DNA of 64,000 bases, taken from NCBI RefSeq assembly GCF_056746865.1, contig NZ_CM163382.1. One strand, 5' to 3'. Numbering within the stretch: position 1 is the stretch's first letter; the number at the start of each line of letters is the position of its first letter. This document shows, piece by piece, positions 33,191 to 43,662 of the stretch. The position numbers and the translations under genes were made by a program. A model generated the notes under the pieces. That model was not told the origin of the DNA. It saw nothing but the letters and a program-made list of their open reading frames with translations, and searched no databases.

Positions 33191-33242
33191 CCGGTTGCAA
33201 GCCGCAAAATTGAGCGCGATCGGTCCGCTAGCCTGATCCACC

Positions 33243-33488
33243 TTACCCCGATTTGCGAATCAAATAACGATAAGGCAGTTCATCCGTCTCTTTAGCAACC
33301 AGCTCATGTTCCATAAAGGTACAAAACCCAGGAATATCGCGGGTCGTCGCCGGATCGTCAGCAATAATCAGCAACGTTTCACCTGGCTGCATATTGCGCA
33401 CAGTTTTGCGCACCATCATTACTGGTTCCGGGCAGCGCAGGCCAAGCGCGTCGAGTGTGTGGTCAGGGCTGGAAAAGAGATCGGTCAT
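33243..33488 (-). CDS. tusA: Sulfur carrier protein TusA
   Basis: 81-aa ORF with the CPxP motif ([14 protein letters not shown]). Confidence 0.95.
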   Translation of the reverse strand: MTDLFSSPDHTLDALGLRCPEPVMMVRKTVRNMQPGETLLIIADDPATTRDIPGFCTFMEHELVAKETDELPYRYLIRKSG

Positions 33489-33708
33489 TTTCTTCTCATC
33501 ACATAAAAAAACGGCGCTAGTTTACGCCCTGTGAGTCCGTAAGCAAACCAGGTTAACGATTGCGTGAAAATTAACCATTGCATTGTCAACGTAAAGCAGT
33601 ATCATGCGGCGGCTCGAAAAAAGGGTCAGCACGTTATTATGTTAAGGTAACAGACGTGTCGTACGTATTGGGTTCCCTCACCCCAATGGTTAATCAAAAA
33701 GGTACAAT

Positions 33709-34374
33709 ATGAACGTTTTCTCGCAAACTCAACGCTATAAGGCGTTGTTCTGGTTATCGTTATTTCATCTTTTGGTGATCACCTCCAGTAACTATCTGGT
33801 TCAGCTTCCCGTCTCCATTTTTGGTTTCCATACCACCTGGGGCGCGTTTAGCTTTCCGTTTATTTTCCTTGCTACCGACCTGACCGTGCGTATTTTTGGC
33901 GCACCGCTGGCCCGTCGTATCATCTTTGCGGTGATGATCCCGGCGTTACTGATCTCCTACGTCATCTCGTCGCTGTTCTATATGGGTTCCTGGCAGGGAT
34001 TCGGCGCGCTCGCCCACTTCAACCTGTTTGTCGCCCGTATCGCCACCGCCAGTTTCATGGCCTACGCGCTGGGGCAAATCCTCGACGTGCACGTTTTTAA
34101 CCGCCTGCGTCAGAGTCGCCGCTGGTGGCTGGCACCGACGGCTTCCACACTGTTCGGTAACGTCAGCGACACGCTGGCCTTTTTCTTCATTGCCTTCTGG
34201 CGTAGCCCGGATGCCTTTATGGCTGAACACTGGATGGAAATCGCGCTGGTCGATTACTGTTTCAAAGTGTTAATCAGTATCGTTTTCTTCCTACCAATGT
34301 ATGGCGTATTACTCAATATGCTGTTGAAAAGACTGGCAGATAAATCCGAAATCAACGCTTTGCAGGCGAGTTAA
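33709..34374 (+). CDS. yhhQ: Queuosine precursor transporter
   Basis: 221-aa polytopic membrane ORF in tusA-yhhQ-dcrB order. Confidence 0.88.
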   Translation: MNVFSQTQRYKALFWLSLFHLLVITSSNYLVQLPVSIFGFHTTWGAFSFPFIFLATDLTVRIFGAPLARRIIFAVMIPALLISYVISSLFYMGSWQGFGALAHFNLFVARIATASFMAYALGQILDVHVFNRLRQSRRWWLAPTASTLFGNVSDTLAFFFIAFWRSPDAFMAEHWMEIALVDYCFKVLISIVFFLPMYGVLLNMLLKRLADKSEINALQAS

Positions 34375-34446
34375 AGGTTCGTTATCAGAGTTGTGATAAG
34401 ATGGATGAATGAGCCGTTATGGCCGTTTATCGAAAGGAAGAAGTCA

Positions 34447-35004
34447 ATGCGCAATCTGGTTAAATATGTCGGAATTGGCCTGCTGGTTATGGGGCTTGCG
34501 GCCTGTGATGATAAAGACACTAACGCTACGGCGCAGGGTTCGGTCGCGGAAAGTAACGCTACCGGGAATCCCGTCAACCTGCTTGATGGCAAGTTAAGTT
34601 TCTCGCTGCCAGCGGATATGACCGACCAGAGCGGTAAGCTGGGAACGCAGGCTAATAACATGCATGTCTGGTCCGACGCCACCGGGCAAAAAGCAGTCAT
34701 CGTCATCATGGGCGATGATCCGAAAGAAGATCTGGCGGTGCTGGCGAAGCGCCTGGAAGATCAGCAACGTAGCCGCGATCCGCAGCTGCAAGTGGTAACC
34801 AATAAAGCCATTGAGCTGAAAGGTCACAAAATGCAGCAGTTAGACAGCATTATCTCCGCGAAAGGCCAGACGGCGTACTCTTCCGTTATTCTGGGTAACG
34901 TGGGTAATCAACTGCTGACCATGCAAATTACGCTGCCAGCTGACGATCAGCAAAAAGCACAGACCACCGCAGAAAACATCATTAATACGCTGGTTATTCA
35001 GTAA
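34447..35004 (+). CDS. dcrB: Periplasmic lipoprotein DcrB
   Basis: Internal start [20 protein letters not shown] (lipobox) gives 185 aa. Confidence 0.88.
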
Positions 35005-35007
35005 GTT

Positions 35008-36225
35008 TTAAGATGATGAGATGGCCTCAGGAACTTCCACCGGAGGCCGTTTTTTTAATCGCCACGTCAGTAATAACGCGATTGCGACCAGTCCCGCCGC
35101 CGCCAGATAAATCACCGGGACGCCCGCCCAGCTCATCACCAGCCCAGCCAGTGGTCCGGTCACGCCAAGCGATAAATCCATAAATACGGTGTAAGTTGCC
35201 AGCGCCGCCCCCTGATTTTGCTGCGGAACCGCTTTTACCGCCACTACGCCCAATGCCGGGAACACCAGTGAAAACCCGGCCCCCGCCAGCAAGACGCCGA
35301 TTTTCGCCATCCACGGCATAGTCGCCACGCCAACCAGTAGCAGGCCGATTATCTCAACGCTAAAGCAAATCATCGCTACGTTTAAGCCGCCGATACGGTT
35401 AATGCCGTTAGGGAATAACAAACGCGTACCGACAAACGCACAGCTAAACAGCGTCAGCGCGAAAGCCGCACCGTCCCAACCTTTAGCGTCATAAAACAGC
35501 GTGATAAAGGTGGCAATAACGCCAAATCCGGCGGAAGCCAGTGCCAGCGCCATACCGTACAGCCAGACGCGCCCAAGCACCGCGCGAAACGGCAGCGGTT
35601 TGCCTTTACTGGCTTTTACCGTCGGACGCGGGATCGCCAACAAAATGGCCACCAGCGCCACGCCCATAATGATTAACGCTAACGCCTGCAAGCCGCCCCA
35701 GTGATAAAACACGACACCTAACGGCGCACCCATCGCCATCGCCCCGTAAGTGACAATGCCGTTCCACGAAATCACCCGTCCGATATGCAGCGAGCCAACC
35801 ACGCCAACGCCCCACAGGGTCGATCCCGTTCCGGCAAAACTTTGCCCAATCCCAAGGATGACGCGCCCCAGGCAAAGTAATAACAGGCTGATGACGGGCA
35901 GACTGGCGGTTAATCCTGCCGTCAGATACCCCAGACCGCTCAAAAAGCAGCCGCACAAACCGAAGACGACAATCTTTTTGGGCCCCAGCAAATCGGCGTA
36001 ACGTCCGGCATGAGGACGGCTCAGCAAGGTGGCGAAATATTGCAGGCTGATAACCAATCCTGCCCAGAAAGCGCTAAAGCCCATCACATCATGGACATAG
36101 CCCGGTAATACAGCGAGCGGTAACCCGATGGTGAGGTAGCTGGCGAAGTTAAACATGACTATAGAGACAATGCGCAAATTCAGGCGCAATCCGTTTAGCG
36201 CGGGTTCGGCTACGGGTTCGGGCAT
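35008..36225 (-). CDS. yhhS: MFS-family transporter
   Basis: About 405 aa with 12 predicted TM segments; start assigned at MPEPVAEPALNG. Confidence 0.85.
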   Translation of the reverse strand: MPEPVAEPALNGLRLNLRIVSIVMFNFASYLTIGLPLAVLPGYVHDVMGFSAFWAGLVISLQYFATLLSRPHAGRYADLLGPKKIVVFGLCGCFLSGLGYLTAGLTASLPVISLLLLCLGRVILGIGQSFAGTGSTLWGVGVVGSLHIGRVISWNGIVTYGAMAMGAPLGVVFYHWGGLQALALIIMGVALVAILLAIPRPTVKASKGKPLPFRAVLGRVWLYGMALALASAGFGVIATFITLFYDAKGWDGAAFALTLFSCAFVGTRLLFPNGINRIGGLNVAMICFSVEIIGLLLVGVATMPWMAKIGVLLAGAGFSLVFPALGVVAVKAVPQQNQGAALATYTVFMDLSLGVTGPLAGLVMSWAGVPVIYLAAAGLVAIALLLTWRLKKRPPVEVPEAISSS

Positions 36226-36356
36226 GAGGATCACCACATTTTTACAACAGTGTTTCATTTTTACCACGTGCTGACGTGAAAATCAGCAGTAAGAATCAGA
36301 ATATTGCTGGCGTGACTCCCGCTACACTTAATACAAAAAGTCACAAGGAAGCCCCA

Positions 36357-37406
36357 ATGGAAACCCCTCAACCCGATAAAACGGGCATGCACATTCTGCT
36401 CAAGCTGGCCTCGCTGGTAGTGATCCTCGCGGGCATTCACGCAGCGGCAGATATCATTGTGCAGCTGTTACTGGCGCTGTTTTTTGCCATCGTCCTCAAC
36501 CCGCTCGTCACCTGGTTTATTCGTCGGGGAGTACAACGCCCCGTTGCCATTACGATTGTGGTGGTGGTGATGCTGATCGCACTAACTGCGCTGGTCGGCG
36601 TACTGGCGGCATCGTTTAACGAATTTATCTCTATGCTGCCGAAGTTTAATAAGGAGCTAACGCGCAAACTTTTTAAATTGCAGGAGATGTTGCCTTTTCT
36701 TAATTTGCATATGTCACCGGAGCGAATGCTGCAGCGGATGGACTCGGAAAAAGTGGTTACCTTCACCACGGCGCTAATGACCGGGCTTTCCGGGGCAATG
36801 GCGAGCGTGCTTTTGCTGGTGATGACCGTAGTTTTCATGCTGTTTGAAGTGCGCCACGTCCCTTACAAAATGCGTTTTGCGTTGAATAATCCACAGATTC
36901 ACATCGCCGGACTACACCGCGCCTTAAAAGGTGTTTCGCATTATCTGGCGTTAAAGACGCTGCTAAGTTTATGGACAGGCGTAATCGTCTGGCTGGGGCT
37001 GGCGCTAATGGGCGTACAGTTTGCGCTGATGTGGGCAGTACTGGCGTTTTTGCTCAACTACGTGCCCAATATCGGCGCGGTAATTTCCGCCGTACCGCCA
37101 ATGATTCAGGTGCTGCTGTTTAATGGCGTTTACGAATGTATTCTGGTCGGCGCATTGTTTTTAGTGGTCCATATGGTCATCGGCAATATTTTAGAACCAC
37201 GGATGATGGGCCATCGCCTGGGGATGTCCACCATGGTGGTATTTCTTTCATTGTTAATTTGGGGATGGCTGCTCGGCCCGGTAGGGATGCTACTTTCGGT
37301 ACCATTAACCAGCGTGTGTAAAATCTGGATGGAAACCACCAAAGGCGGTAGCAAACTGGCGATTTTACTGGGACCGGGCAGACCGAAAAGTCGATTACCG
37401 GGTTAA
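36357..37406 (+). CDS. yhhT: AI-2E-family (PerM-like) transporter
   Basis: Internal start METPQPDKTGMHILLKLASLVV gives 349 aa. Confidence 0.85.
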   Translation: METPQPDKTGMHILLKLASLVVILAGIHAAADIIVQLLLALFFAIVLNPLVTWFIRRGVQRPVAITIVVVVMLIALTALVGVLAASFNEFISMLPKFNKELTRKLFKLQEMLPFLNLHMSPERMLQRMDSEKVVTFTTALMTGLSGAMASVLLLVMTVVFMLFEVRHVPYKMRFALNNPQIHIAGLHRALKGVSHYLALKTLLSLWTGVIVWLGLALMGVQFALMWAVLAFLLNYVPNIGAVISAVPPMIQVLLFNGVYECILVGALFLVVHMVIGNILEPRMMGHRLGMSTMVVFLSLLIWGWLLGPVGMLLSVPLTSVCKIWMETTKGGSKLAILLGPGRPKSRLPG

Positions 37407-37425
37407 TAGCACCTCCTGAGCAGGC

Positions 37426-37462
37426 AATGGCCACCGTTTATCTAACAGTGGCCATTTGATTT
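37426..37462 (+). terminator. Candidate terminator after yhhT
   Basis: AATGGCCACCGTTTATCTAACAGTGGCCATT forms a perfect 9-bp stem, followed by TGATTTG. Confidence 0.45.
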
Positions 37463-37785
37463 GAGGAAATGAAGAAACATTATTCAGACAATTAATTTAT
37501 AAAAACCATTCCTTAAGTCAAATATATATAAACGCCGAATAGCGATTAAATCCTTCTCAAAGAATGCACTGATAACATTGTGTTATTTTTATTGCCTCAT
37601 TTTTCTCACTCACTTATAGTTGGTCCCCGCTGGCAGTAATTTAGTCATTTCAGAAATTTTTACTCTGATGTGCACTTACTGACTTATCTCACAAGTAATT
37701 TTTTCGCTAAATAAAGAATAGTGATGCCAGCAATTACAGTTAAATCTTGCTTTACTCGTAAAAACAATACTTTAATGGGGTTCTA

Positions 37786-38175
37786 ATGAGACATTACATG
37801 AAATGGTTTGCGGCTATTGCTGTTGTGGGTGCTTTAGCGGGTTGCGCGCGTACTGCGCCAATTGATCAGGTTCACTCAACCGTCAGCGCTGGTCATACCC
37901 AGGAACAAGTGAAAAAAGCGATTCTGAAAGCTGGCGTTGAACGCAAATGGATTATGTCCGAAGCCGGACAAGGCGTAATTAAAGCACGTCAACAGTCACG
38001 CGATCATTCAGCCGAAATTCGCATTAACTACACGGCATCCAGCTACGATATCAATTATGAAAATAGCCAGAACCTACAAGCGTCAGGCGGACAAATTCAT
38101 AAAAACTACAATCGCTGGGTCCGCAATCTCGACAAAGATATTCAACTGAATTTGTCAGCGGGCGCAGATTTATAA
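37786..38175 (+). CDS. Small lipoprotein, first gene of the accessory cluster
   Basis: 129-aa ORF with a lipobox (LAGC); follows ~330 bp of AT-rich sequence and may correspond to the first ape gene (position only). Confidence 0.55.
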   Translation: MRHYMKWFAAIAVVGALAGCARTAPIDQVHSTVSAGHTQEQVKKAILKAGVERKWIMSEAGQGVIKARQQSRDHSAEIRINYTASSYDINYENSQNLQASGGQIHKNYNRWVRNLDKDIQLNLSAGADL

Positions 38176-38234
38176 TTCTTCCTAAAGTCGGGCCGCTGCG
38201 GTCCGATAATAATTTAATTCCCTCTTAACAGGTT

Positions 38235-39302
38235 GTGCCCAACATGTACGAACAGGATTCTCTTAGCGCACTGGATGCGATTACCGAAGCTCAACGCATT
38301 GCCTTTGCCCCTATGCTTTTTCAAACAGCACTCTGCCTACGTAATGCGGGTGTACTTTCATATCTGGATCGGCAAGGCAAACATGGCGCAACGCTGGCTG
38401 ATATCACCGAACATAGCCATATCAACGAATATGCGGCCAGCGTTCTGTTAGATATGGGCTTAAGCGGGCGAATTATTACCTGTAAAGAGGGAATGTATTA
38501 CCTGGCGAAAATCGGTCATTACCTCCTGCATGACACTATGACTCGCGTGAATATGGATTTCACCCAGGATGTCTGTTACCAGGGGCTCTTCTTCCTCGCC
38601 GATTCACTCAATGAAGGAAAACCGTCCGGGTTAAAAGTATTTGGCGACTGGTCGACGATATATCCGGCACTTTCACAATTACCAGACGCCGCTCGTGAAA
38701 GCTGGTTTGCGTTTGATCATTACTATTCAGATGGCGCATTTAACGCCGCACTGCCTTATGTATTCGCCAACAACCCCACAACATTGTACGATGTAGGCGG
38801 CAATACGGGTAAGTGGGCTTTGCGTTGCTGCAAATACAATGAAAACATAGCCGTGACGTTATTAGATCTGCCACAACAAATCGTACTAGCGAAAGAAAAT
38901 ATCGCGAATGCAGGTTTTTCTGATCGCATAGATTTCCATGCGGTGGATATGCTAAGCGATGCCCCATTACCGGGCGAGGCTGATATCTGGTGGATGAGCC
39001 AATTTTTAGACTGTTTTTCACCCGAACAAATAATTAGCATACTCAGCAAAATCGCCAGCGTAATGAAGCCTGGCGCAAAAGTTTGCATCATGGAGTTGTT
39101 CTGGGATGCGCAGCGGTTTGAAGCAGCATCATTTAGCCTGAACGCGTCCTCACTTTATTTTACCTGCATGGCAAACGGTAACAGCCGTTTCTATAGTGCA
39201 GAGAAATTTTACGACTATCTGAATAAAGCAGGATTCCAGGTAGCAGAGCGCCACGATAATTTAGGCGTTGGGCATACACTTTTGATATGCCAAAAGAAAT
39301 AA
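38235..39302 (+). CDS. Class I SAM-dependent methyltransferase (ApeB-like)
   Basis: 355-aa ORF with a glycine-rich SAM-binding motif (LYDVGGNTGKWA) and an acidic-loop motif (LLDLPQ). Confidence 0.75.
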   Translation: MPNMYEQDSLSALDAITEAQRIAFAPMLFQTALCLRNAGVLSYLDRQGKHGATLADITEHSHINEYAASVLLDMGLSGRIITCKEGMYYLAKIGHYLLHDTMTRVNMDFTQDVCYQGLFFLADSLNEGKPSGLKVFGDWSTIYPALSQLPDAARESWFAFDHYYSDGAFNAALPYVFANNPTTLYDVGGNTGKWALRCCKYNENIAVTLLDLPQQIVLAKENIANAGFSDRIDFHAVDMLSDAPLPGEADIWWMSQFLDCFSPEQIISILSKIASVMKPGAKVCIMELFWDAQRFEAASFSLNASSLYFTCMANGNSRFYSAEKFYDYLNKAGFQVAERHDNLGVGHTLLICQKK

Positions 39303-39342
39303 TCGTCACTTAATAATTTTGGTTTACCGCGGGCGCGCGTTG

Positions 39343-40065
39343 ATGAAATTTACATTAAATATTACCGACTGGCAGGCACTGGCGCCTGGACTTAGCGAAG
39401 CGCAGCAATGGCAAGCATGGTCGCGCCAGCCGTGGGCGATTGACCCTGCCGCGCCGTTGGCAAAATTAAGTGAACTGCCAATGATGACCGCCCGCCGCCT
39501 TAGTTCAGGCAGCAAACTGGCTGTTGAATGCGGTCTGGCAATGCTACGCCGCCATCAGCCAGACGCCGTTTTGTATACCAGTCGTCATGGCGAACTGGAG
39601 CGCAATTACCGCATTGTTCATGCACTGGCAACCGAACAGGCGCTTTCTCCGACCGACTTCGCGCTCTCCGTACACAACTCTTCCGTGGGTAACCTGACCA
39701 TTGCGGCCAAACAGCCGATAGTTTCGTCATCGCTTTCTGCTGGTCGCGACACTTTCCAGCAAGGTTTGTGTGAAGTGCTTAGCCTGTTACAAGCGGGATA
39801 CCAGCGCGTGTTGATGGTCGATTTTGACGGTTTTCTGCCCGAGTTTTATCACCCACAACTGCCATCAGAAATGCCGACCTGGCCGTACGCCGTCGCGCTG
39901 GTGATTGAATCTGGCGATGACTGGCAATGTGAAACGCAGTCAGCCATTGCGGGCAATGAAACATCACTGCCGCAAAGCATGTTGTTTTTACAGCATTATT
40001 TACAAAATGCAGACGCATTTTCACTGCCTGGCGAGCGCGTGCAATGGCGCTGGAGCCGCAGATGA
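39343..40065 (+). CDS. Ketosynthase-like protein lacking the active-site Cys (chain-length-factor-like, ApeC-like)
   Basis: About 240 aa resembling the N-terminal half of a KS; the position equivalent to the catalytic Cys reads HNSS rather than CSSS. Confidence 0.65.
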   Translation: MKFTLNITDWQALAPGLSEAQQWQAWSRQPWAIDPAAPLAKLSELPMMTARRLSSGSKLAVECGLAMLRRHQPDAVLYTSRHGELERNYRIVHALATEQALSPTDFALSVHNSSVGNLTIAAKQPIVSSSLSAGRDTFQQGLCEVLSLLQAGYQRVLMVDFDGFLPEFYHPQLPSEMPTWPYAVALVIESGDDWQCETQSAIAGNETSLPQSMLFLQHYLQNADAFSLPGERVQWRWSRR

Positions 40066-40883
40066 GTAAGCTGATGTCACGTCTGGAGTGGACCTGGCGA
40101 CTGGTCATGACCGGGTTATGTTTTGCCCTGTTTGGTCTCGGCGGCCTGCTGCTTTCTGTCGTGTGGTTTAACATATTGTTAGTTTTGGTGTGGGATACTT
40201 CCCGCCGCCGTCGTTTGGCGCGTCGCAGCATTGCCGCCAGTTTTCGCCTGTTTTTAACTGTCGCGAAAGGGCTTGGCGTGCTGGATTATCGTATTGATGG
40301 CGCTGAAATTTTACGTCAGGAACGCGGTTGCCTCGTCGTAGCCAATCATCCCACGCTGATCGATTACGTGCTGCTGGCGTCAGTCATGCCAGAAACTGAC
40401 TGCCTGGTGAAAAGCGCGCTGTTAAAAAATCCTTTTCTTGGCGGCGTCGTGCGGGCGGCAGATTATTTAATCAACAGCGAAGCTGAAACCCTGTTACCCC
40501 GCTGCCAACAGCGACTGGCACAGGGTGACACTATCCTGATTTTCCCCGAAGGCACGCGAACGAAGCCCGGTGAAAAAATGACGCTGCAGCGCGGGGCGGC
40601 GAATATTGCCGTGCGCTGTGCCAGCGATTTACGCATCGTGACGATCGGCTGTAGCGAGCATCTGCTGGATAAACAAAGTAAATGGTATGACGTTCCACCT
40701 GACCGGCCGTTTTTTACGGTTGAAGTCCATGGTCGGGTTGAAATCAATAAATTTTACGATGCAACTTCACAAGAACCGGCGCTGGCAGCAAGGCAGTTAA
40801 ACCGGCATCTTTTGCTTCTATTACAACAAGGTTGTTTACCTCTCTCAGGAATAAATAATGCAAGCGCTTTATCTGGAAATTAA
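40062..40883 (+). CDS. Lysophospholipid (PlsC-family) acyltransferase (ApeD-like)
   Basis: HX4D acyltransferase motif (VANHPTLIDY) plus FPEGTR; N-terminal TM helix; ATGA overlap with the upstream gene. Confidence 0.75.
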   Translation: MSKLMSRLEWTWRLVMTGLCFALFGLGGLLLSVVWFNILLVLVWDTSRRRRLARRSIAASFRLFLTVAKGLGVLDYRIDGAEILRQERGCLVVANHPTLIDYVLLASVMPETDCLVKSALLKNPFLGGVVRAADYLINSEAETLLPRCQQRLAQGDTILIFPEGTRTKPGEKMTLQRGAANIAVRCASDLRIVTIGCSEHLLDKQSKWYDVPPDRPFFTVEVHGRVEINKFYDATSQEPALAARQLNRHLLLLLQQGCLPLSGINNASALSGN

Positions 40884-41115
40884 AAACCTCATCATCAGCA
40901 CCCTCAATCTGGACGAGTTGACTCCTGATGATATCGAGACCGATGCGCCGCTGTTCGGCGACGGTTTAGGACTGGATTCCATCGATGCCCTGGAACTGGG
41001 ACTGGCAGTAAAAAATGAGTACGGCGTGGTGCTCTCAGCCGAAAGCGAAGAGATGCGTCAGCACTTTTTCTCCGTCGCCACTCTGGCCTCTTTCATTGCT
41101 GCGCAACGCGCCTGA
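40858..41115 (+). CDS. Acyl carrier protein 1
   Basis: 85-aa acidic protein with the phosphopantetheine-attachment motif GLGLDSIDALEL. Confidence 0.85.
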   Translation: MQALYLEIKNLIISTLNLDELTPDDIETDAPLFGDGLGLDSIDALELGLAVKNEYGVVLSAESEEMRQHFFSVATLASFIAAQRA

Positions 41116-41126
41116 GGAAAGCCATC

Positions 41127-41378
41127 ATGACAGAACAACAAACCGTCTATCAGGAAGTCTCAGCCCTGCTGGTTAAGCTGTTTGAAATCGATCCGCAGGA
41201 CATCAAACCTGAAGCGCGCCTGTACGAAGATCTGGAACTGGACAGCATCGACGCCGTTGACATGATTGTGCACCTGCAAAAGAAAACCGGTAAGAAAATC
41301 AAGCCGGAAGAGTTTAAAGCAGTGCGCACAGTTCAGGATGTCGTAGAGGCTGTAGAACGCCTGCTACAAGAAGCCTGA
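41127..41378 (+). CDS. Acyl carrier protein 2
   Basis: 83-aa acidic protein with the motif DLELDSIDAVDM. Confidence 0.85.
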   Translation: MTEQQTVYQEVSALLVKLFEIDPQDIKPEARLYEDLELDSIDAVDMIVHLQKKTGKKIKPEEFKAVRTVQDVVEAVERLLQEA

Positions 41379-41382
41379 TCTG

Positions 41383-41964
41383 ATGTCGGGCATTCGCTCG
41401 CTACCGATGATTAAGCTGCTGACTGGATTATTGCTGCTCGCCTGGCCGTTTGTGATTTGGTTTGGCCTGGCGCATAACGGCCTGCACTGGTTGTTGCCGC
41501 TAATAGCGTTGCTGCTATTGTTGCGCCTGCGCCAGACCCGTCGCCGGGCGGGGCCGCTACAAGCCGTCACACAAATCGTCGCTGTCGTGGGCATCGCATT
41601 GTGTGTCGCCAGCTTTCTGTTGAAAACGCACCAGCTACTGCTGTTTTACCCGGTAGTGGTTAACGCGATCATGCTGGCGGTTTTTGGCGGTTCGCTGTGG
41701 TCGACAATGCCGATAGTTGAGCGGCTGGCACGTTTGCAGGAGCCAGACCTCCCGGAAAAGGGCGTGCGCTATACCCGCCGTGTCACGCAAATCTGGTGCG
41801 GCTTTTTCATCATTAACGGCGGAATTGCCCTCTTTACCGCGCTTTATGGCGATATGTCGTTATGGACCGCCTGGAACGGCATGATTGCTTATTTTTTGAT
41901 GGGAACGTTAATGGCAGGTGAATGGCTGGTGCGCCGTCAGGTGATAAAAAGAGATCGCTCATGA
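41383..41964 (+). CDS. Integral membrane protein of unknown function (ApeG-like)
   Basis: 193-aa ORF with about 4 hydrophobic helices. Confidence 0.6.
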   Translation: MSGIRSLPMIKLLTGLLLLAWPFVIWFGLAHNGLHWLLPLIALLLLLRLRQTRRRAGPLQAVTQIVAVVGIALCVASFLLKTHQLLLFYPVVVNAIMLAVFGGSLWSTMPIVERLARLQEPDLPEKGVRYTRRVTQIWCGFFIINGGIALFTALYGDMSLWTAWNGMIAYFLMGTLMAGEWLVRRQVIKRDRS

Positions 41965-43322
41965 AGCAGACCTTACCGCTTGCACGCTGGCTGACTGCGC
42001 CACGCCCTGATGACACGCCCATTGCGTGGCTGGACGAAAGCTCGTGGACACTGGGCGATTTGCGTCACGATGTCGCGCAACTTATCTGCCGCTTGCAGCA
42101 ACAGCCGGGTGAACGCTGGGCGCTGTGCTTTGAGAACAGTTATTTGTTTATCGTTGCCCTGCTTGCCACGCTACACGCCGGAAAAACGCCGGTGCTTCCG
42201 GGGCATAACCGTGTCATCCAGCTTAATGAACAACGTGAACTGTTCGATGGTGTACTTAGCGACAGCGATCTTAACTGGCAAGGTTCATTGCTGTTGGTAG
42301 CAAGTTCCCCACAAGTCGCGACACAATCATTCACCTTTGCCGCTATAGCGCCAGACGCTTATATCGAGCTATTTACCTCCGGTTCTACGGGGCAGCCAAA
42401 GCGGGTAATTAAACCTGTTCATTTGCTGGACCGTGAAGCAGAACTGCTGGCTGAACGATTAGGCGCACGTCTTGCCGGATGTCGTGTCGTCGGTTCCGTA
42501 TTGCCGCAGCATCTGTACGGCCTGACTTTTCGCGTTTTCCTGCCAATGGCGCTGGGATTACCGCTGCACGCCGCCATGCTCTGGTATGTCGAACAGTTTG
42601 CCGCATTGAGTCACCAGCATCGCTATATCTTCATCAGCAGCCCGGCATTTTTGAAACGGCTGGATACCCAGCTTTCTCCGCCGCCCGTTCAGGTGCTTCT
42701 CTCTGCTGGCGGTGAGCTGCCGTGGCAGGACGTAAAACACACCGCGAGCTGGCTGCGCGTCTGGCCTGATGAAATCTACGGCAGCACGGAAACCGGCGTC
42801 ATTGCCTGGCGTTACCGCGAACAAGAGCAACGCCGCTGGCTGCCCTTTCCAGGTATGCACTTCCAGGCCGAAGGTGAAGCATTTCGTCTCTTTTCACCGC
42901 TGATAGCGGAAGATAACGGCCTGTTACTCGATGATCTCTTGCAGTTTAGCCAGGACGGTCAGTTCCATCTGATGGGGCGTCGTGGGCGCATCGTTAAGAT
43001 TGAAGAAAAACGTATTTCTCTGCAGGAAGTAGAACAACGTCTGCTGGCGCTGGACGGCATTCGCGAGGCGGCGGCAGTTCCCGTTACGCGCGGCGGGCGT
43101 CAGAGCATCGGCGTTTTGCTGGTGCTGGATGACGAAGCTCGCCTGCAATGGCAGAACGGCGGCGGGCATAGCCAGGAAATGACCTGGCGGCGATTACTGC
43201 GCCCGACGCTGGAGCCAGTTGCTATTCCGCGTTACTGGCGCGTTATTGATGAAATGCCAGTAAACAGTATGAACAAGCGTGTCTATGCGCAATTACAGGA
43301 GTTATTTCATGAAGCCCCATGA
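41961..43322 (+). CDS. Acyl-CoA/acyl-ACP synthetase (adenylate-forming ligase, ApeH-like)
   Basis: AMP-binding motif YIELFTSGSTGQPKRV; ATG at 41961 overlaps the upstream stop. Confidence 0.8.
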   Translation: MKQTLPLARWLTAPRPDDTPIAWLDESSWTLGDLRHDVAQLICRLQQQPGERWALCFENSYLFIVALLATLHAGKTPVLPGHNRVIQLNEQRELFDGVLSDSDLNWQGSLLLVASSPQVATQSFTFAAIAPDAYIELFTSGSTGQPKRVIKPVHLLDREAELLAERLGARLAGCRVVGSVLPQHLYGLTFRVFLPMALGLPLHAAMLWYVEQFAALSHQHRYIFISSPAFLKRLDTQLSPPPVQVLLSAGGELPWQDVKHTASWLRVWPDEIYGSTETGVIAWRYREQEQRRWLPFPGMHFQAEGEAFRLFSPLIAEDNGLLLDDLLQFSQDGQFHLMGRRGRIVKIEEKRISLQEVEQRLLALDGIREAAAVPVTRGGRQSIGVLLVLDDEARLQWQNGGGHSQEMTWRRLLRPTLEPVAIPRYWRVIDEMPVNSMNKRVYAQLQELFHEAP

Positions 43323-43662
43323 AATCGAGCGCCATCAGGCACAAGCGAATCACCTTGAGATTGTTTTGCATCTCAGGGCAGATCTGTTCTGGTTTCGCGG
43401 CCATTTTGCCGTGCAGCCGTTACTCCCAGGAGTTGCACAAATCGACTGGGCGATGAGCTACGCGCTCACTCTGCTCGCGCCTGGCTGGCGTTTTCACTCT
43501 ATTCAGAACATCAAATTCCAGTCCCCGTTGCTGCCGGACAACCGCGTCACGCTCACGCTTAACTGGCAGGAAGAACGCCAGATTCTGAGCTTTAGCTATC
43601 AGCGTCACGACGGTGACGCCCGCCACACCGCCAGTAGCGGGAAGATCCGCCTATGTCGGTAA
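43309..43662 (+). CDS. Hotdog-fold 3-hydroxyacyl-ACP dehydratase (FabZ/FabA-like)
   Basis: About 117 aa with FRGHFAVQPLLPGVAQID, a typical dehydratase motif. Confidence 0.7.
   Translation: MKPHEIERHQAQANHLEIVLHLRADLFWFRGHFAVQPLLPGVAQIDWAMSYALTLLAPGWRFHSIQNIKFQSPLLPDNRVTLTLNWQEERQILSFSYQRHDGDARHTASSGKIRLCR

Noticed and set aside
33489-33708. Possible preQ1 riboswitch upstream of the queuosine-precursor transporter gene yhhQ
   Set aside because: I could not identify the conserved preQ1-I or preQ1-II stem-loop/pseudoknot by eye, and I do not recall one at this E. coli locus; it would need a covariance-model scan.
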